In this document: one piece after another, positions 26,560 through 40,000 of the stretch
Position numbering within the stretch: position 1 is the first letter of the stretch
Layout: every line of letters starts with the position of its first letter
DNA from: Eledone cirrhosa
Taxonomy: Eukaryota
Direction of reading: 5' to 3'
Assembly (NCBI GenBank): GCA_964016885.1
Contig: OZ024741.1
Coordinates: 109,182,001-109,246,000 of the forward strand
DNA length: 64,000 bases
Translations under genes and position numbers: made by a program
The notes under the pieces: generated by a model
Databases searched by the model: none
What the model saw: the letters and a program-made list of their open reading frames with translations, nothing else
Told to the model about the DNA's origin: nothing

Positions 26560-26608
<49 letters not shown>

Positions 26609-26705
26609 CGAAGGAAGTGTGGTAGGGAACCAGGTGGACCATAACGCACCAGAGTACTCGATACTTTGGGTGGGTAGTAGAGTTGGTAATAGGAAAAGGG
26701 TCAGG

Positions 26706-26800
26706 ACCCTGGCCGCAGAGCTCAAGCTGTTTCGACGGCTATTTCTGGACTAAATTAAATTTTTAGCGTATAGTTGATAGAGCCGAACTCTTCAAGGGGT
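26706..26800 (-). ncRNA. Degenerate copy of the UUGAAGA hammerhead (inverted arm)
   Basis: Reverse-complement homologue of 28117-28211 with stem III mismatches. Confidence 0.55.
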
Positions 26801-28116
26801 AATTCCATATATGGACATGCGATTGTCAGGCATTTCTGAATGTTGAAGCTATCATAAAGGAGTGGTCGAAGTTCTTTTTAAACACAGTTAAATCTTTAGG
26901 GGTGGGTGGCTGAACTTGCATGTAGAACAAAGAGGGAGTGGGTGAAGCCGGTCAAGCGTTAAAAGTAAATTCTATACAGCTATTTCTAAAGAGTGTGGAT
27001 AAGGTAGGCTGGCTATAAAGCAAGCGAAAAGTGCCCCCTCAACAACAGATGCCGAGAACGTAACGTGATCTACCAATGCAACGTGAGGACGGAAAACTCC
27101 AACAAAGCCTATATAGGATTAACCGCTTGTGACTTTAAGACCCGGCTCTACCAACGTTCAGAAACCCGACCCGGTGACATGCCACTACACTTTCGGGCCA
27201 CATGTGGGACCTCCAAGATAATAACATCATATACCATCTTAGTTGGAGCTTACTTTCCAGGGCTAACTCCTACACCGGGAGGACGCCATCCGTGTAACTT
27301 ATGCTCGGAGGAAATGATACAAATATTGTTTACGGAGGACCAACTCCTAAACAAAAAAGACGAACTTGTAACCGCATGTAAACACGGATTGCGTAGGACT
27401 AACCTCACCTTGAAACCCCCTCACGACCCGGATGGGTAGACAATGGCTGTAATATCTTTCTTTTCCCCACTTGCCGAACAAGACAGGAGAAACCCTAGCA
27501 TACATAGGTAGATGTAATACTTTTCTTTTTTTCATTTTATCTCTTCTTCTCACTTCCCTCCACTCCCTCTCCTCTTCCTTTTCCTTTCTCCTCTTTCGCT
27601 TACCCTGAGGCAGCCCATCGTATTTTTGTAGCCTCAGTATACCCCTATCCCCGTGAAATCTATATAGCATTGGCTGAAAACAGAACGTCAGTTAAAATTA
27701 TAGCAGCTGTTTCCCTTTTCAGGGAGGTGCATCGTTATTGATATTTTTCCGTTATGAGATGAAGCCCTGGGGTACTGAATTAGATGTATTTTATTAATCC
27801 CGGCTTTCCTGTTTTAGACTCTAGTTCCTTAATTTTATAATTTCCCATCTTTCAGAATCCTGTATAATTCTATTTTCGCTTGCTTTTTAGCCAGTCTACT
27901 TAATCCATACTCTTTAGAAATAGGTGTATAGAATTTACTTTTAACGCTTTACCGGATTCACCCACTCCCTCTTTGTTCTACAGGCAAGTTCAACCACTCA
28001 CACCACCTACCTCCCGCCATGACAGATTTAACTGTTTATAAAGAACTTCGACCACTCCCTTTTGATAACTACAACCTTCAGAAATGCCTGACGATCCCAT
28101 GCCCATATATGGAATT

Positions 28117-28211
28117 ACCCCTTGAAGAGTTCAGCTATATCAACACCACGCTAAAAATTTAATTTAGTCCAGAAATAGCCGTCGAAACGGCTTGAGCTCT
28201 GCCGTCGGGGT
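28117..28211 (+). ncRNA. Type I hammerhead ribozyme, core UUGAAGA, long stem II
   Basis: acccc-TTGAAGA-gttcagctat..atagccgtc-GAA-acggc ttgagctct gccgt-C-ggggt. Confidence 0.78.
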
Positions 28212-28220
28212 CCTGACTAT

Positions 28221-28284
<64 letters not shown>

Positions 28285-28916
28285 TTAATATAGATGAGAT
28301 TCTGTTATACTCTGCTATGTATTGAGTACCTTACTTACTGTGGTTACCTCCGATTCAACCCGGAATAACGTATATATATATATATATATATATATATACG
28401 TTGTATGTAATGGACAATATGAATACTTTTAGTAATAAAAAGACTAATAACACGAATACTGACACCAACAATACCATCAAACAACAATGACGAGGCTGGT
28501 GGTGACTATGATAATGATGGTGCTGCCAATTTCATTAATAAAAAATATAAGTTATGTAAACATTAATAACGAATATTTTTCTGTAAACGTTTCAAATAGG
28601 AAATATCAATTCCTCTAACTTTTGTTCAAGATCGAAGTTGTGCTTTTCTCATCTCCATTTCAGCCGCCTCCCAGTCTAAACTTTATATATCTTTTTTTTT
28701 AACCATAAATATCTAATGCTCAAATATCAAACATTGCTCCATCAATTTTGTGTAACGCTAAACCAACTGGAAAAAAATGTACTTGCACTTATTTACTCAT
28801 AACAAACTGATAACACATCAGAATTTTCTTCCTCTATTTTTCATGCCACATCATGTCTAACGGTCGATAACTGCGATAAACAATTATGACATGTATGTGT
28901 GTATTCGTGTGTGTAT

Positions 28917-29103
28917 GGTGGATTGGCAATATCGGTAGAGGGTCGGACGCCATGCTTTGATGCACAGAGTTACGGCCCTTTCCATTCTGAGTTCAAATCC
29001 CGCCGAGGTTAACTTTGCCTTTCATCCTTACGGGGTCGATAAAATAAAGTACCATTAATGTACTGAGTAATTGCTGGCCTTGCGCCAAAAGTAGAAACAA
29101 TTA
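28917..29103 (+). mobile_element. tRNA-derived SINE (family A)
   Basis: Same A/B boxes and central domain as the other copies. Confidence 0.85.
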
Positions 29104-29963
29104 TTGTTCTTCATACACAATGCCTTGTTAGAAAAGCATCATAAAAATTTCTTTTTCGTGGTCCACCGCATAGAGGTGAGGATGGCTTCGTCCCCATCAG
29201 TGCTGTACTTATTTGTTTTCTTATTTTAAATACACATACGTACAGATTTTCTTAAATATTTTGTAATATTTACGGTAATGGACGTGAAATTCCACGCATT
29301 TGTGTGCGCATGCCTTAATTCTAAATTATCTTTTCACAGGTGTAGATATAAAGCCTATATTTCATTCATCATAATGTTAATTTGTTTTCTTTATCTTAAG
29401 GATTGTGCATCTGTAATCAATTATTCCTTGTTGGATGTTAAAACATCTATGTTAGTTCTATCATTCAAAATGAACATTACTCGTTTTATTGAAGTAGATC
29501 AATGTGTCATAAAGTAGATTTTGCGAGATACAGTGCAATATAATACATTTATGAAGAATTTGTATTATTTTACAGGAAAATGTTCTCTCCTTAAAATGTT
29601 CTCTTATTAAAATTAGGATTGTGGGAATTGACGGTAAAATGTATGTTTCTTCCCCGATTAAGGAAAATCAGATCAGAGTTCCCCAATAAAATATATTTAC
29701 AGTCTTTTGTGTCAGAGACAATGTTGTAGATATTTGAAATGAAAAGACATCATTTATTTATGGATAAAAATAATAGTAACTGGTTAAGAAATCATTATTG
29801 CTTTAGTGCATATTATATTGTGTTGGGAGAGATATTCTCGAAATATAGTTTGTTATATGAGACTGACCAGTCACTGTCGGAAATTGTGCATTCAATTCCC
29901 TCAACAAAAATATCCTCTAATTATGTATTGAGTTCTCCTTCTTAGAAATGTAGCCATTACTAT

Positions 29964-29997
<34 letters not shown>

Positions 29998-30759
29998 AGA
30001 TTATAAACACATGTTTTCATGTTTTTTCTTTCCCTATTTCCTAAAGAGTCCTTTGAAACTCATGTGGAAGAGGAAATTTCCGAAATCCATAATTAGCAGG
30101 ATGTGACGTGTAGCTGGTTGTTTTATTGCCTTTTTTATTGTAAGCCAATCTAATTTATGAAGACATCAACGCCATAATATCACTGGGATTTTAAATTTTT
30201 TAGTTAAATACAAGCCGCCCAAACACAACACTCTTTCGGGTGCTCACCACGTGTTTATGATACCAAGAAATTGCTGCACACTGCAGCGCATACCATAAAA
30301 CAAAGATGGATTTGAAAATACTAACGAACAATTCATCAATATAATACCGAATTACCCACAAATGTATAAGATTTAAATGGAAGCGGTACTCATAACATAC
30401 TGATTCTATAATAGACACGAAGGCGCAAACAATATGTGCACATCATATACAAAAAGATAATAGTAAATACATGGTTGATAACAAATAATTCTAACGATAA
30501 AACATCAAAACAGTTATCCATCGTTAGCCCAATACATCCGGTACTCACACTAAGGATTAACGACACAATTCCTCCTTCACAAAACATCAAACTTGTGAAT
30601 GTCCCTCGTCCGCACCACCTCAGCCACGTGTGGTTTCTGTAGCTGTCACCTAACATCTACTCAAAGGGCGCATTAACCGCATCAGTCGTGCAGGTTTCAG
30701 AGCACCCGTGAATGTCATAAATACAACTTCCTCCTTCGGATTAAACCCTCAAAAATAAT

Positions 30760-31861
30760 AACGAGTTTATAAATATTAATTTTCTGTAGAATTCTGTATC
30801 CGTCTCGGTGACCTAGTGGGATGTATTAGAGAGGGTGGTGATCCTGGTCTGGAGTTCAATCTTGATTAGGAACTACTCATTGGGAGTTCTCATTAAACCT
30901 TTCCAGTTTTATTTTCTAAAAGATGTAAAAAAAAACAACTAAAAGATAAATAGGAAAAGCTACATGCACCTCCTGACTAGGATTGAATTTCAGACCAGAA
31001 TCTCCATTACCTTTAATGCATCCTACTCAGCCACAAAGACATCTACAAACCTTGCTGAAAATGATTACTTATAAACCTACTTTCAAAATTAAAATCCAAA
31101 AAGATGTGGTATTTTTCAAACCTTTCTTAATCTTGTTGCTCCTTTTTGGGGTCGACTTGTAAATCATCTTGGTCTTCCATAATCTACATCCTCACTTTGT
31201 GTCTCATATACCTAGCTTTTTTTGAATCTATAGACCATGTTTCATTTCTGCCACACCGCATTTCTCTCTCTCTCTCTCTCTCTCTGTATATGATATAATC
31301 TACGATGATTTTGTCTTACCTTCTTCACATATATGTGTCAGCATATCAGTCAGATTCGAACTTAGAGAGATTGGCGTTATATATATCATTTGTTTGTTAA
31401 AAGAATAATTAAATAAATTCTACAATCTCTGCTAAACATTGAACATGTAACTACAACATATCAGCTGCAACTGAGTCACCAGGACACCTACAGAATGGCA
31501 TATCAAAAATAAAGTATTAAAATATCAATTTTAAATATTTAAATGAATAGATAATTATATATATATATATCAGCAGCTGTCTGTGTATTTGTATGTCTGT
31601 GCATAATATATATATATATTAGCGGATGTCTGTATTTGTATGTCTGTGCATAACAGACATCTATGTATATGAGAAACAATGTGATGATGTAGTTATGGAA
31701 GAAGCAGATAATTTACAAGTCGACTCTAAAAAGGAGCAATAACATTAAGAAAGGCATGAACGATACCACATCAATTTTTATTTCGATGTTGAAAGTAGGT
31801 TTATAAGTAATACTTTTCTATAAGATATTGTATGTGTCTTAGTGGGATGTATTAGAGCTGG

Positions 31862-31899
<38 letters not shown>

Positions 31900-32069
31900 A
31901 GCTCTAATACATCCCACTCACCCACCAAGACACATACAATATCTTACAGGAAATTATTACCTATAAACCTACTTTCAACATCGAAATAAAAAATGGTATC
32001 GGTTAGTTAGAACCCCAATGTGTATCACCTGACGAGATTAAACACCAGTCCAGGATATCCATATCATTG

Positions 32070-32168
<99 letters not shown>

Positions 32169-32439
32169 CTGTCTGTGTGTGATATTCACATATATGTGTC
32201 TGCATGTCAGTTTTGAACCAGCAATGATTGCCATTATATATATCATTTGTTTGTTAAAATAGTAATTAAATTAAATAGATTCCATAATTAAACACACACA
32301 CAGAGGAAGACTAATGTTGTAACCAAAGAGCCAGAAGATTGAGAAGTCTCGGAGATAAGGACCTCCTAATCTATCCCTTGAGCTCGTTAAATTATACGTG
32401 ATTAACGCGAGTCTTTAACTCCGTTTTTTAATTTGATAC

Positions 32440-32492
<53 letters not shown>

Positions 32493-32793
32493 GGTGTGGA
32501 GATCCTCGTCTGGTTTTCAATCTCGGTCAGGTGATACATATTGTGATTCTCACTGAACTTTTTCAGTTTTATCTAAGAGATGTATAAAAAAACAAAACTG
32601 AAAAGCATTAACAGGATACCTTTCATGAATCTTCTGTCCAGTATTGAACCCTGACCAGGATCTCCACCCTATCTAACACCGAACGCTCGGCCAACGAGAC
32701 ACCTAGAAAAACACCATAAAAGATTAATACTTATAAACCTACTTTCAAAATTGAAAGGCATAATGATGTACTATCGTTCATGCCTTTCTATCC

Positions 32794-32830
<37 letters not shown>

Positions 32831-33963
32831 AATATATATATGAATAGATTCAGGACCCCGACGGCTGAGCTCCGACCGTTTCGATAAATATATATATAGA
32901 TATATACACATAATTGTTTCTACTTTTGGCACAAGGCCAGCAATTATCCCAGTGCATTACTGGTACTTTATTTTATCGAACCCGTAAGGATGAAAGGCAA
33001 AGTTAACCTCGGCGGGATTTGAACTCAGATCATAAAGGCCCGTAACTGCAAAGCATGGCGTCCAACCCTCTACGGGTATATAGATATATACACATAATGA
33101 TGTGCTATCCTTCATACTTTTCACAATGTTATTGCTCCTATTTGGGACTTCTATACTTGCTCACTTTGTTCCTCATCTACCTAGGCTTTATTTGAACATA
33201 TCATCTATGTTTCATTTCTGGTGCACCTCATCTCTCTCTCTCTCTGATATTATAATCTACTATGATTGGTCTTACCTCATCCACATATATGAACGCATGT
33301 CAGATTGCTATTATATATATCAATCAGATTCGAAATTACTTGTTTCTTTGTTTTTTATGATAATTAAATAAAAGGAATTCTACAGTTAAACACACATACA
33401 GAAGATACCAACGTTGTTACCAAAGAACCAGAAGCTTGACAATCGACCATACATATGACTAATAACACTAACGAAACCATGAACGACACCACATCTTTTT
33501 TTTCTTCAATTTAAAATGTAGGTCTATAATTATTAACTTTCATTAGTGGGAGGTTCTAGACATGGTGTTGATCCTGGTCTGGAGTTCAATCTTGGGCAGG
33601 AAATACACATTGGGGGTTCTAACTAAACTTTTTTATTTTTTGCTTTCTAACTGCTGTAAAGAGAAATTGAAAAAGATTAATAGGACAACCTACATGTATC
33701 TCCTGAACAGGATTGAACTTGAGATCATAATTTCCACCGTCTCTAATACGACTAACTAAGCCACCGAGACACCTACGAAAACATACTGAAAATCCATACT
33801 TATAAACCTACTTTCAAAATTGAAATCAAAAAAGATGTGGTGAAGTTCATGTCTTTCTTAATTTCGGGTCGACTTTAAATCATTTGGGACTTCAATAAAC
33901 TACATCCCCACTTTGTTTATCATCTACCTTTATTTCATTTCAACCTATAATCTATGATTCATT

Positions 33964-34001
<38 letters not shown>

Positions 34002-34321
34002 TCTCTCTCTCTCTCTCTCTCTCCCTCTCTCTCTTTGTCTGTCGGTGTGTGTGTGATATTATAATTTACTATGATTTGGTCTTACCTTATTCACATATAT
34101 ATGTCGGCATGTCAATCAGATTCGAAATTACAATGACTGGCGTGATATGTGTCATTTTTTTCTAGAAATAATAATTAAATTAAATAAATTCTAAAATCCC
34201 TGCTAAACATTGAACCTGTAACTACACCATATCAGCTGCAACCGAGCCACCAGGACACCTACAGAGTGGCATGTCAAAAGTATTAAAATATCAAATCCAC
34301 ATATTTTGATAAATAGGTGTG

Positions 34322-34376
<55 letters not shown>

Positions 34377-34377
34377 A

Positions 34378-34409
<32 letters not shown>

Positions 34410-34913
34410 TGAAGGGAAACGTGGAGTGTGCATATTTTGTTGGTCTGTATTAGTTGTAAGAGTATATGTTTCTGACCATAATTAGCCATAGAAATCTAGG
34501 AGTGAATGTACAAGCGCGTGTGTTAACGGACGGAGTATTAAAGAAACTGGGGAGGGGAGTTGAGTCCATGAGGGAAACAGGACCCAAGGCGGTAAATCAG
34601 ACCAGAATATTTACCGGCTCTAATACTTCCCAGTAGACCACCGAGACGCCCGCAATAACTATTCCTTATAAACCTACTATGAAAATTGCAATCCAAATAG
34701 ATGTGGTATCGTTCATGCCTTTCTTAATGTTATTGCTCCTTTTTAGGGTGGACATGTAAATAATTTGGGTCTTCCATAAACTACATCCTCACTTTGTATC
34801 TTATCTATATAGGCTTCATTTGAACCTAAAATCCATGTTTCATTTCTGCCACAACTCATTTCTCTCTCTCTCTCTCTATCTCTCTCTCTCCCTCTCCCTC
34901 CCTCTCTCTCACG

Positions 34914-34999
<86 letters not shown>

Positions 35000-35450
35000 G
35001 AAAGGTATAGAAAATTAACCAGTACATTACTGGTACATTATTTTATGTTTAGCAGAGATTGTAGAATATATTTTATCCGCCGAGGTTAACTTTGCCTTTC
35101 ATCCTTACGGGGTCGATAAAATAAAGTATCAGTAATGTAATTGCTGGCCTTGTGACAAAAGTAGAAACAATTATATCGTATATCACTTGATTTTAAAATA
35201 ATTGTTTCTACTTTTGGCACAAGGCCAGCAATTACCCAGTGCAATACTGGTACTTTATTTTATCGACCCCGTAAGGATGAAAGGCAAAGTTAACCTCGGC
35301 GGATAAAATATATTCTACAATCTCTGCTAAACATTGAACCTGTAACTTCAACATATCAGCTGCAAATGAGCCACCAAGACATAAACAGAATGTCATGTCA
35401 AACTTACATTATTAAAATATCATATTTAAATATTCAAATAACTAGATGCT
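30760..35450. repeat. Cluster of diverged foldback repeats with tRNA-like heads
   Basis: The block ataaacctact...gatgtggt..ttcatgcctttctta recurs at ~31070, 31960, 32730, 33800 and 34665. Inverted arms at ~30800-31045, 31762-32000, 32490-32700 and 33545-33775. Confidence 0.75.
32911..33072 (-). mobile_element. tRNA-derived SINE (family A) with target-site duplication
   Basis: Flanked by tatatagatatatacacataat on both sides. Confidence 0.85.
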
Positions 35451-35967
35451 TGTGTGTGTGTGTATATATGTGTGTATGTGTGTGTGTGTGTGTGTAGTGA
35501 GAGAGAGATGTGGATATCCTAGGTTTTTTTCTAGGAGATATAAGAAAAGGGTGTATTGATGATCGAAATATCCACAACCTACCCCTATACAGACACACCA
35601 TTCTACTTAATGGAACACCTATACTATCCCTTAGCAGTCCTCAAACAGACAGTCTGTGTACCTTGTAAACTTACCAATACTGCAACTTTAATAACACACT
35701 ATATTTGCATCTCTTCTTAGCTAGTTACAGCACAAATTTAAACATAGAATGATAAATGCTGATAGCTCTAAATACAACTTACTAAGACTTACTGTTACAT
35801 ACACACACGAACGAACACACACACACACACACACGAACACACACACAAACACACACTCACATGTATGTACAAACACATATATACACACATACAAACACAT
35901 GATATGCTCCAAATGAATTTGTGCAAATTGTAAAACAAGATCGAAATCAGTGCATATCGATCTAAAC

Positions 35968-36050
<83 letters not shown>

Positions 36051-36066
36051 AGTGTGTGTGTGTGTG

Positions 36067-36734
36067 TGTTGGGTTCTTGCTCACATTAATTTCTATATTT
36101 TCATTTATATTTATACTCGGAATTTTTCCTCGAGTGCTTAAAATTATTTGTGACTAATTCCGGTCTTTTTAAAAAAATAACCGCAATAATATTGCTATTT
36201 TGCTGAACTCCTTACATTTTGTAGTTTTTGCGGAATGTTTTTGACTGCTGTTTCTTGTAAATAGACATTCGTCTCATTCTGACGTCACCAGCCATGTCTC
36301 TCCATGTGTGTTTATTTTCATAATTCCGCACGAGGTGAACTAGCCTGCTTTTAAATTCCCTTTTTGGCATATTTTGGCAGTGGTTTTTTGGTTATCGTGT
36401 AGAGCTCTACTGAGGAACGATTCGTACCGTGACTAATACCACTGAAAAGTTTCGTGAAATAGTCTTTTTAAGACTATATAGAGCATTTGTAGTTTTTTCC
36501 AAATTGAAGGATGAGTATTTAAACTTTATTTTATTCTGAGTTAAGACTCTATTGGTTTTTTCCCTGTATTTCACAAAATCTGTGGATAAAATCTCTGTCT
36601 TGATTTTTTTTTAATTGAGTGTGAATTATTTTCCCATATCTTACGTTAATTATTTTCAATTTTGACGTTATAGTCACTTATATATTATGAAATACTGTTG
36701 GCTTCTTGCTCACATTAATTTCTATATTTTCATT

Positions 36735-36739
<5 letters not shown>
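36067..36739 (+). mobile_element. 629-nt terminally redundant non-coding unit containing a hammerhead (retrozyme-like or solo pseudo-LTR)
   Basis: 44-bp direct repeat (36067-36110 and 36696-36739, one mismatch). Single HHR inside, no ORF, flanked by microsatellites. Confidence 0.6.
36404..36484 (+). ncRNA. Canonical type I hammerhead ribozyme with predicted pseudoknot
   Basis: gctcta-CTGAGGA-acga..tcgt-GAA-atagtctt ttt aagactat-A-tagagc. Loop II (36428-36444) is complementary to 36378-36397. Confidence 0.92.
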
Positions 36740-36776
<37 letters not shown>

Positions 36777-37055
36777 TACAGACAGAGAGAAAGAGAAAGA
36801 AAGAGAGAGAGAGAGAAAGAAAGGAAGAGAGAGAGGTGTGGGGGGGGGGGAGATAAATAGATATCTTTCTTTATTTGCCACAGGGGCGTACAAAAATGGC
36901 ACATTACAGGACGTGACGGCGGGGTTTTTACATAAAAATAACTTTAACATTAATAAATAACAATAAACTATATATAATAAAATAACAATTGAAATCCCCA
37001 ATAGGGGGGAACGTTACTGCAGGGTTGTTTTACACCCCCGTGGATAGAACAACCC

Positions 37056-40000
37056 TCAACACCAGGAACACGTTTTGTAGGTGTTCCTGTCTTCCCTCTG
37101 TTTATCTTCCTCAACCTTCAGGTTTATATACAGAGAAGGCCCATTCACTCGGGCCATTTTTGCCATATTCACCCACCTTTCAGCGAATTTACTGGGGTGT
37201 AGCACCTCTGTCTCCACTCTCACCTTCCTTCTGAAGTGGTACTTAAAGAAGGGGATAAGTTGTTGCCCGGAGAGAAAGGTGTTTGACCTCAGTCCTTTTA
37301 ACCTCGTCCACCATATTACCTTTTTCGCCATAGCCACCAGACAGAGGAAAACCGCCTCTCCTTCGTTCTTAAATGAAGGCAGCGGGGTGATCCTCACAAT
37401 GTACTCGGCTGACAACTGGATGCGTCCCACACGTGACAGAAGCTGTTCGTCATAATTCCACAGGTCGGTCACCCCTGGGCACTGAACAATTGCGTTCAGA
37501 ACAGTTTCGATCTCCTGCTCGCGTCTTGGACAGCTCCTTTTGGCAGAATCTCTGCCAGGGCGTCCGTGCCTGTAGATTTTGTCTCGAACTGGTAGAGCTC
37601 CTCGCTAGCACTGCCAGGCCAGAGACCTCTCGAAGTTATCCATAGGCCCTGGACGGAAAGTCCTCCCGAACAGACTGGTCAGTTCGTCCTCCTTGATGCC
37701 GAGAGTTTCCCCGAGAACATCGTCGCACTTATCCTCCACTAATCCCCTATAGAATATCGAAGTAGAGTCTCCGCTGATTGCCGTTTCCGCTTGGTAGAGG
37801 GCTGTGAGCGTCTGTAGGCACTCGAGGTGCCAGGCACCCATTTTCGGTCTTCGCTTGACCCAGGACTGCAGCTCTGTTAGTGAGACGAGTTGTGGAAGAG
37901 CTTGTCTCACAAACGACAGCCACACCGGTTCACCGGTCAGGAATACCTGGAGATGGCGTAGCCTCAGCGCATGTTTGCGCATCATCAGCCACGGCATGCC
38001 CAGCCCTCCGTTAGAAGGGTGTTGACACCAATGGAGCCTGTTTCTTCCAGAGGAACTTGAAGAGTAGGCGTTCCATTTTGGTAAGTTATTCGCGGGGGCA
38101 AAGCACGACCGTCAAGCGGTAGTAGATGACGGACGCTAGGTAAGTGTTCGCCACCTCCGCTCGACCTTTCAATGAGAGTTTGCACTCAGCCCACTTCTGG
38201 GTGAGTGCAAACACCTTCCCCGTGACCACGTTCCAGTTCTTGTCCACCTGGAAGTCTGGACCGAACCAGACCCCGAGCAATTTCACCGGTCCTTCCGTAC
38301 AGCGTCCAACGACACTGTCGGAAGGCATGGGTTTGCCTCTCCATGTGCCGAGTTGCAAACCGACATACTTGTTTGGGTTTAGTCTTGCTCCTGTCAACGT
38401 TTCGTATTCCTGTAATAGGTTGCCGATTACCCTGATTTCCGAGGTTTTCGACACCATTACGGTTATGTCGTCGGCATAGGCTGAGGCTGCTTTCCGCAGT
38501 CCTGGTTCGATCGGGATGCCCTGCAACAGCTCCAATTTCCGCAGTAACGGCTCGAGAGTCAGTACATACAGAATGGAGGAGAGAGGGCATCCCTGACGGA
38601 TGGAACGCATGATTTGGAATGGCTCTGATAGGTAGCCATTCCCCTTGACTGCCGAGTAGATGCTGGTGTGCATGGCAGCGATCCAGCCTCTGAAGACGGG
38701 ACCGAAGCCAGCCGCCTTGAGAACTGCTTCCAAGTATTGATGGTCGACCCTATCAAATGCCTTAGACTGATCTAAATTGATCAGAGCCCCACCAAAGCCA
38801 GGTTTACATCCTACCTTCTCTATGATGTATCGCATGAAGTGGAGGTTGTCGTGTATGGACCTGGTCGGGATTGCACACGTTTGGGCTCCCCCTACCAGCT
38901 TCTCGACGACAAACGCCAGCCTTGCTGCTAACACCTTGGCCAAAATCTTTAACTCTGTGTTGAGTTGAGTTATGGGCCTGAAATTGCTTATCTCATCCCC
39001 ATTGTTCTCATCTTTCCTTATCAGCATTACTACGCCTCTGCCTATAGAACTGGGAACCCTCCCGTTCTGCTGCCAGTTGCAGTAGACCGCTTCGAGGACA
39101 CCAGAGAACAAGTCTGGCATGCCTATGTAAAACTCATAGGGTAGACCATCTAAACCGGGTGATTTGCATTTCCCGCAGCGGCCTAAGGCATCTTCTATTT
39201 CTCCCGCTGTGATCGGCCTTTCGCAGCTCTCCGCATCCGTGCTCGAGAGTCACGGTACGCCGTTGAGGTAGGAGCTGAAGTCCATCACCTCGCTCGATGT
39301 ACCGCTTTGCCCGAACAGTTGTGCAAAATGCTGCTGGATTCAAGTATAATGTGTCCATCTTTGTCTTGCAAAGACCGAATTGTGGATTTATTGCCATTCG
39401 GGCCCAGCTAACAGCTTTGGCTCCCTCGTTTCTTAGAGCACGTGTTCTACTTCTGACAATACAACCTTCGTATTTCACGTTGAAGAACTGGTCAAGTGCC
39501 GTTCTCGCCGCAGGTACGTCAGCTGTACTGCCATTCCTAAGTGCCTCTTCTATTTTAGCTACCAGTTCCTTTTCAGTTTTGTTTTTTCTAAAACTACTTC
39601 CTTGCTAAATGCTATTGATTCTATTCTAATTGCTCTCTTGAGAGAGCTCCACCACCTGATGTTGACGATCGCCCCCGTCAACTGGCACTTAACTAAGGTG
39701 CTAATCCATTTACTGCAGGATTTACGCGCCGGGAGCGACATGTTTAGCTTCTAGTATCAGGGTCCCTGTCTATGTGTTCTATCAAGGTTGACTACGCAGG
39801 TGACTAATTTGTGGTCTGAATAGACAACCATGTGCATTTGTGGACAGCTTAATGTTTCCTTATCATTCTGTCTAATTAAAAATCTATCTAAATACGATCT
39901 AGAAGACCCAGTGCGGTTTCTCCACGTCCATAGTGGTGCACTTGGGAAGTCTAGTCGATATCTATCAGCCAGTTGGAATTGGCTGATGAAATTTTTGAGG

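Larger units (their letters stand above)
26606..28225 (+). mobile_element. 5'-truncated PLE (GIY-YIG fragment ~27030-27439) with inverted pseudo-LTRs (~26690-27030 vs 27872-28225)
   Basis: IYQCNV..AYIGLTA, CNLCSEE..LLNKKDELVTACKH. The arms are reverse complements and the element is flanked by (TA)n. Confidence 0.85.

Noticed and set aside
29155-29205. GC-rich segment with ctgatgg...gaaa on the minus strand
   Set aside because: It cannot be folded convincingly as a hammerhead or HDV-like ribozyme.
30061-30095. ggaaga-ggaaatttcc-gaaa hammerhead-like string
   Set aside because: The core deviates at positions 3 and 4 and stem I does not pair.
30200-30660. Host exon in a non-repetitive stretch
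   Set aside because: Short ORFs with no recognisable domain or consistent splice signals.
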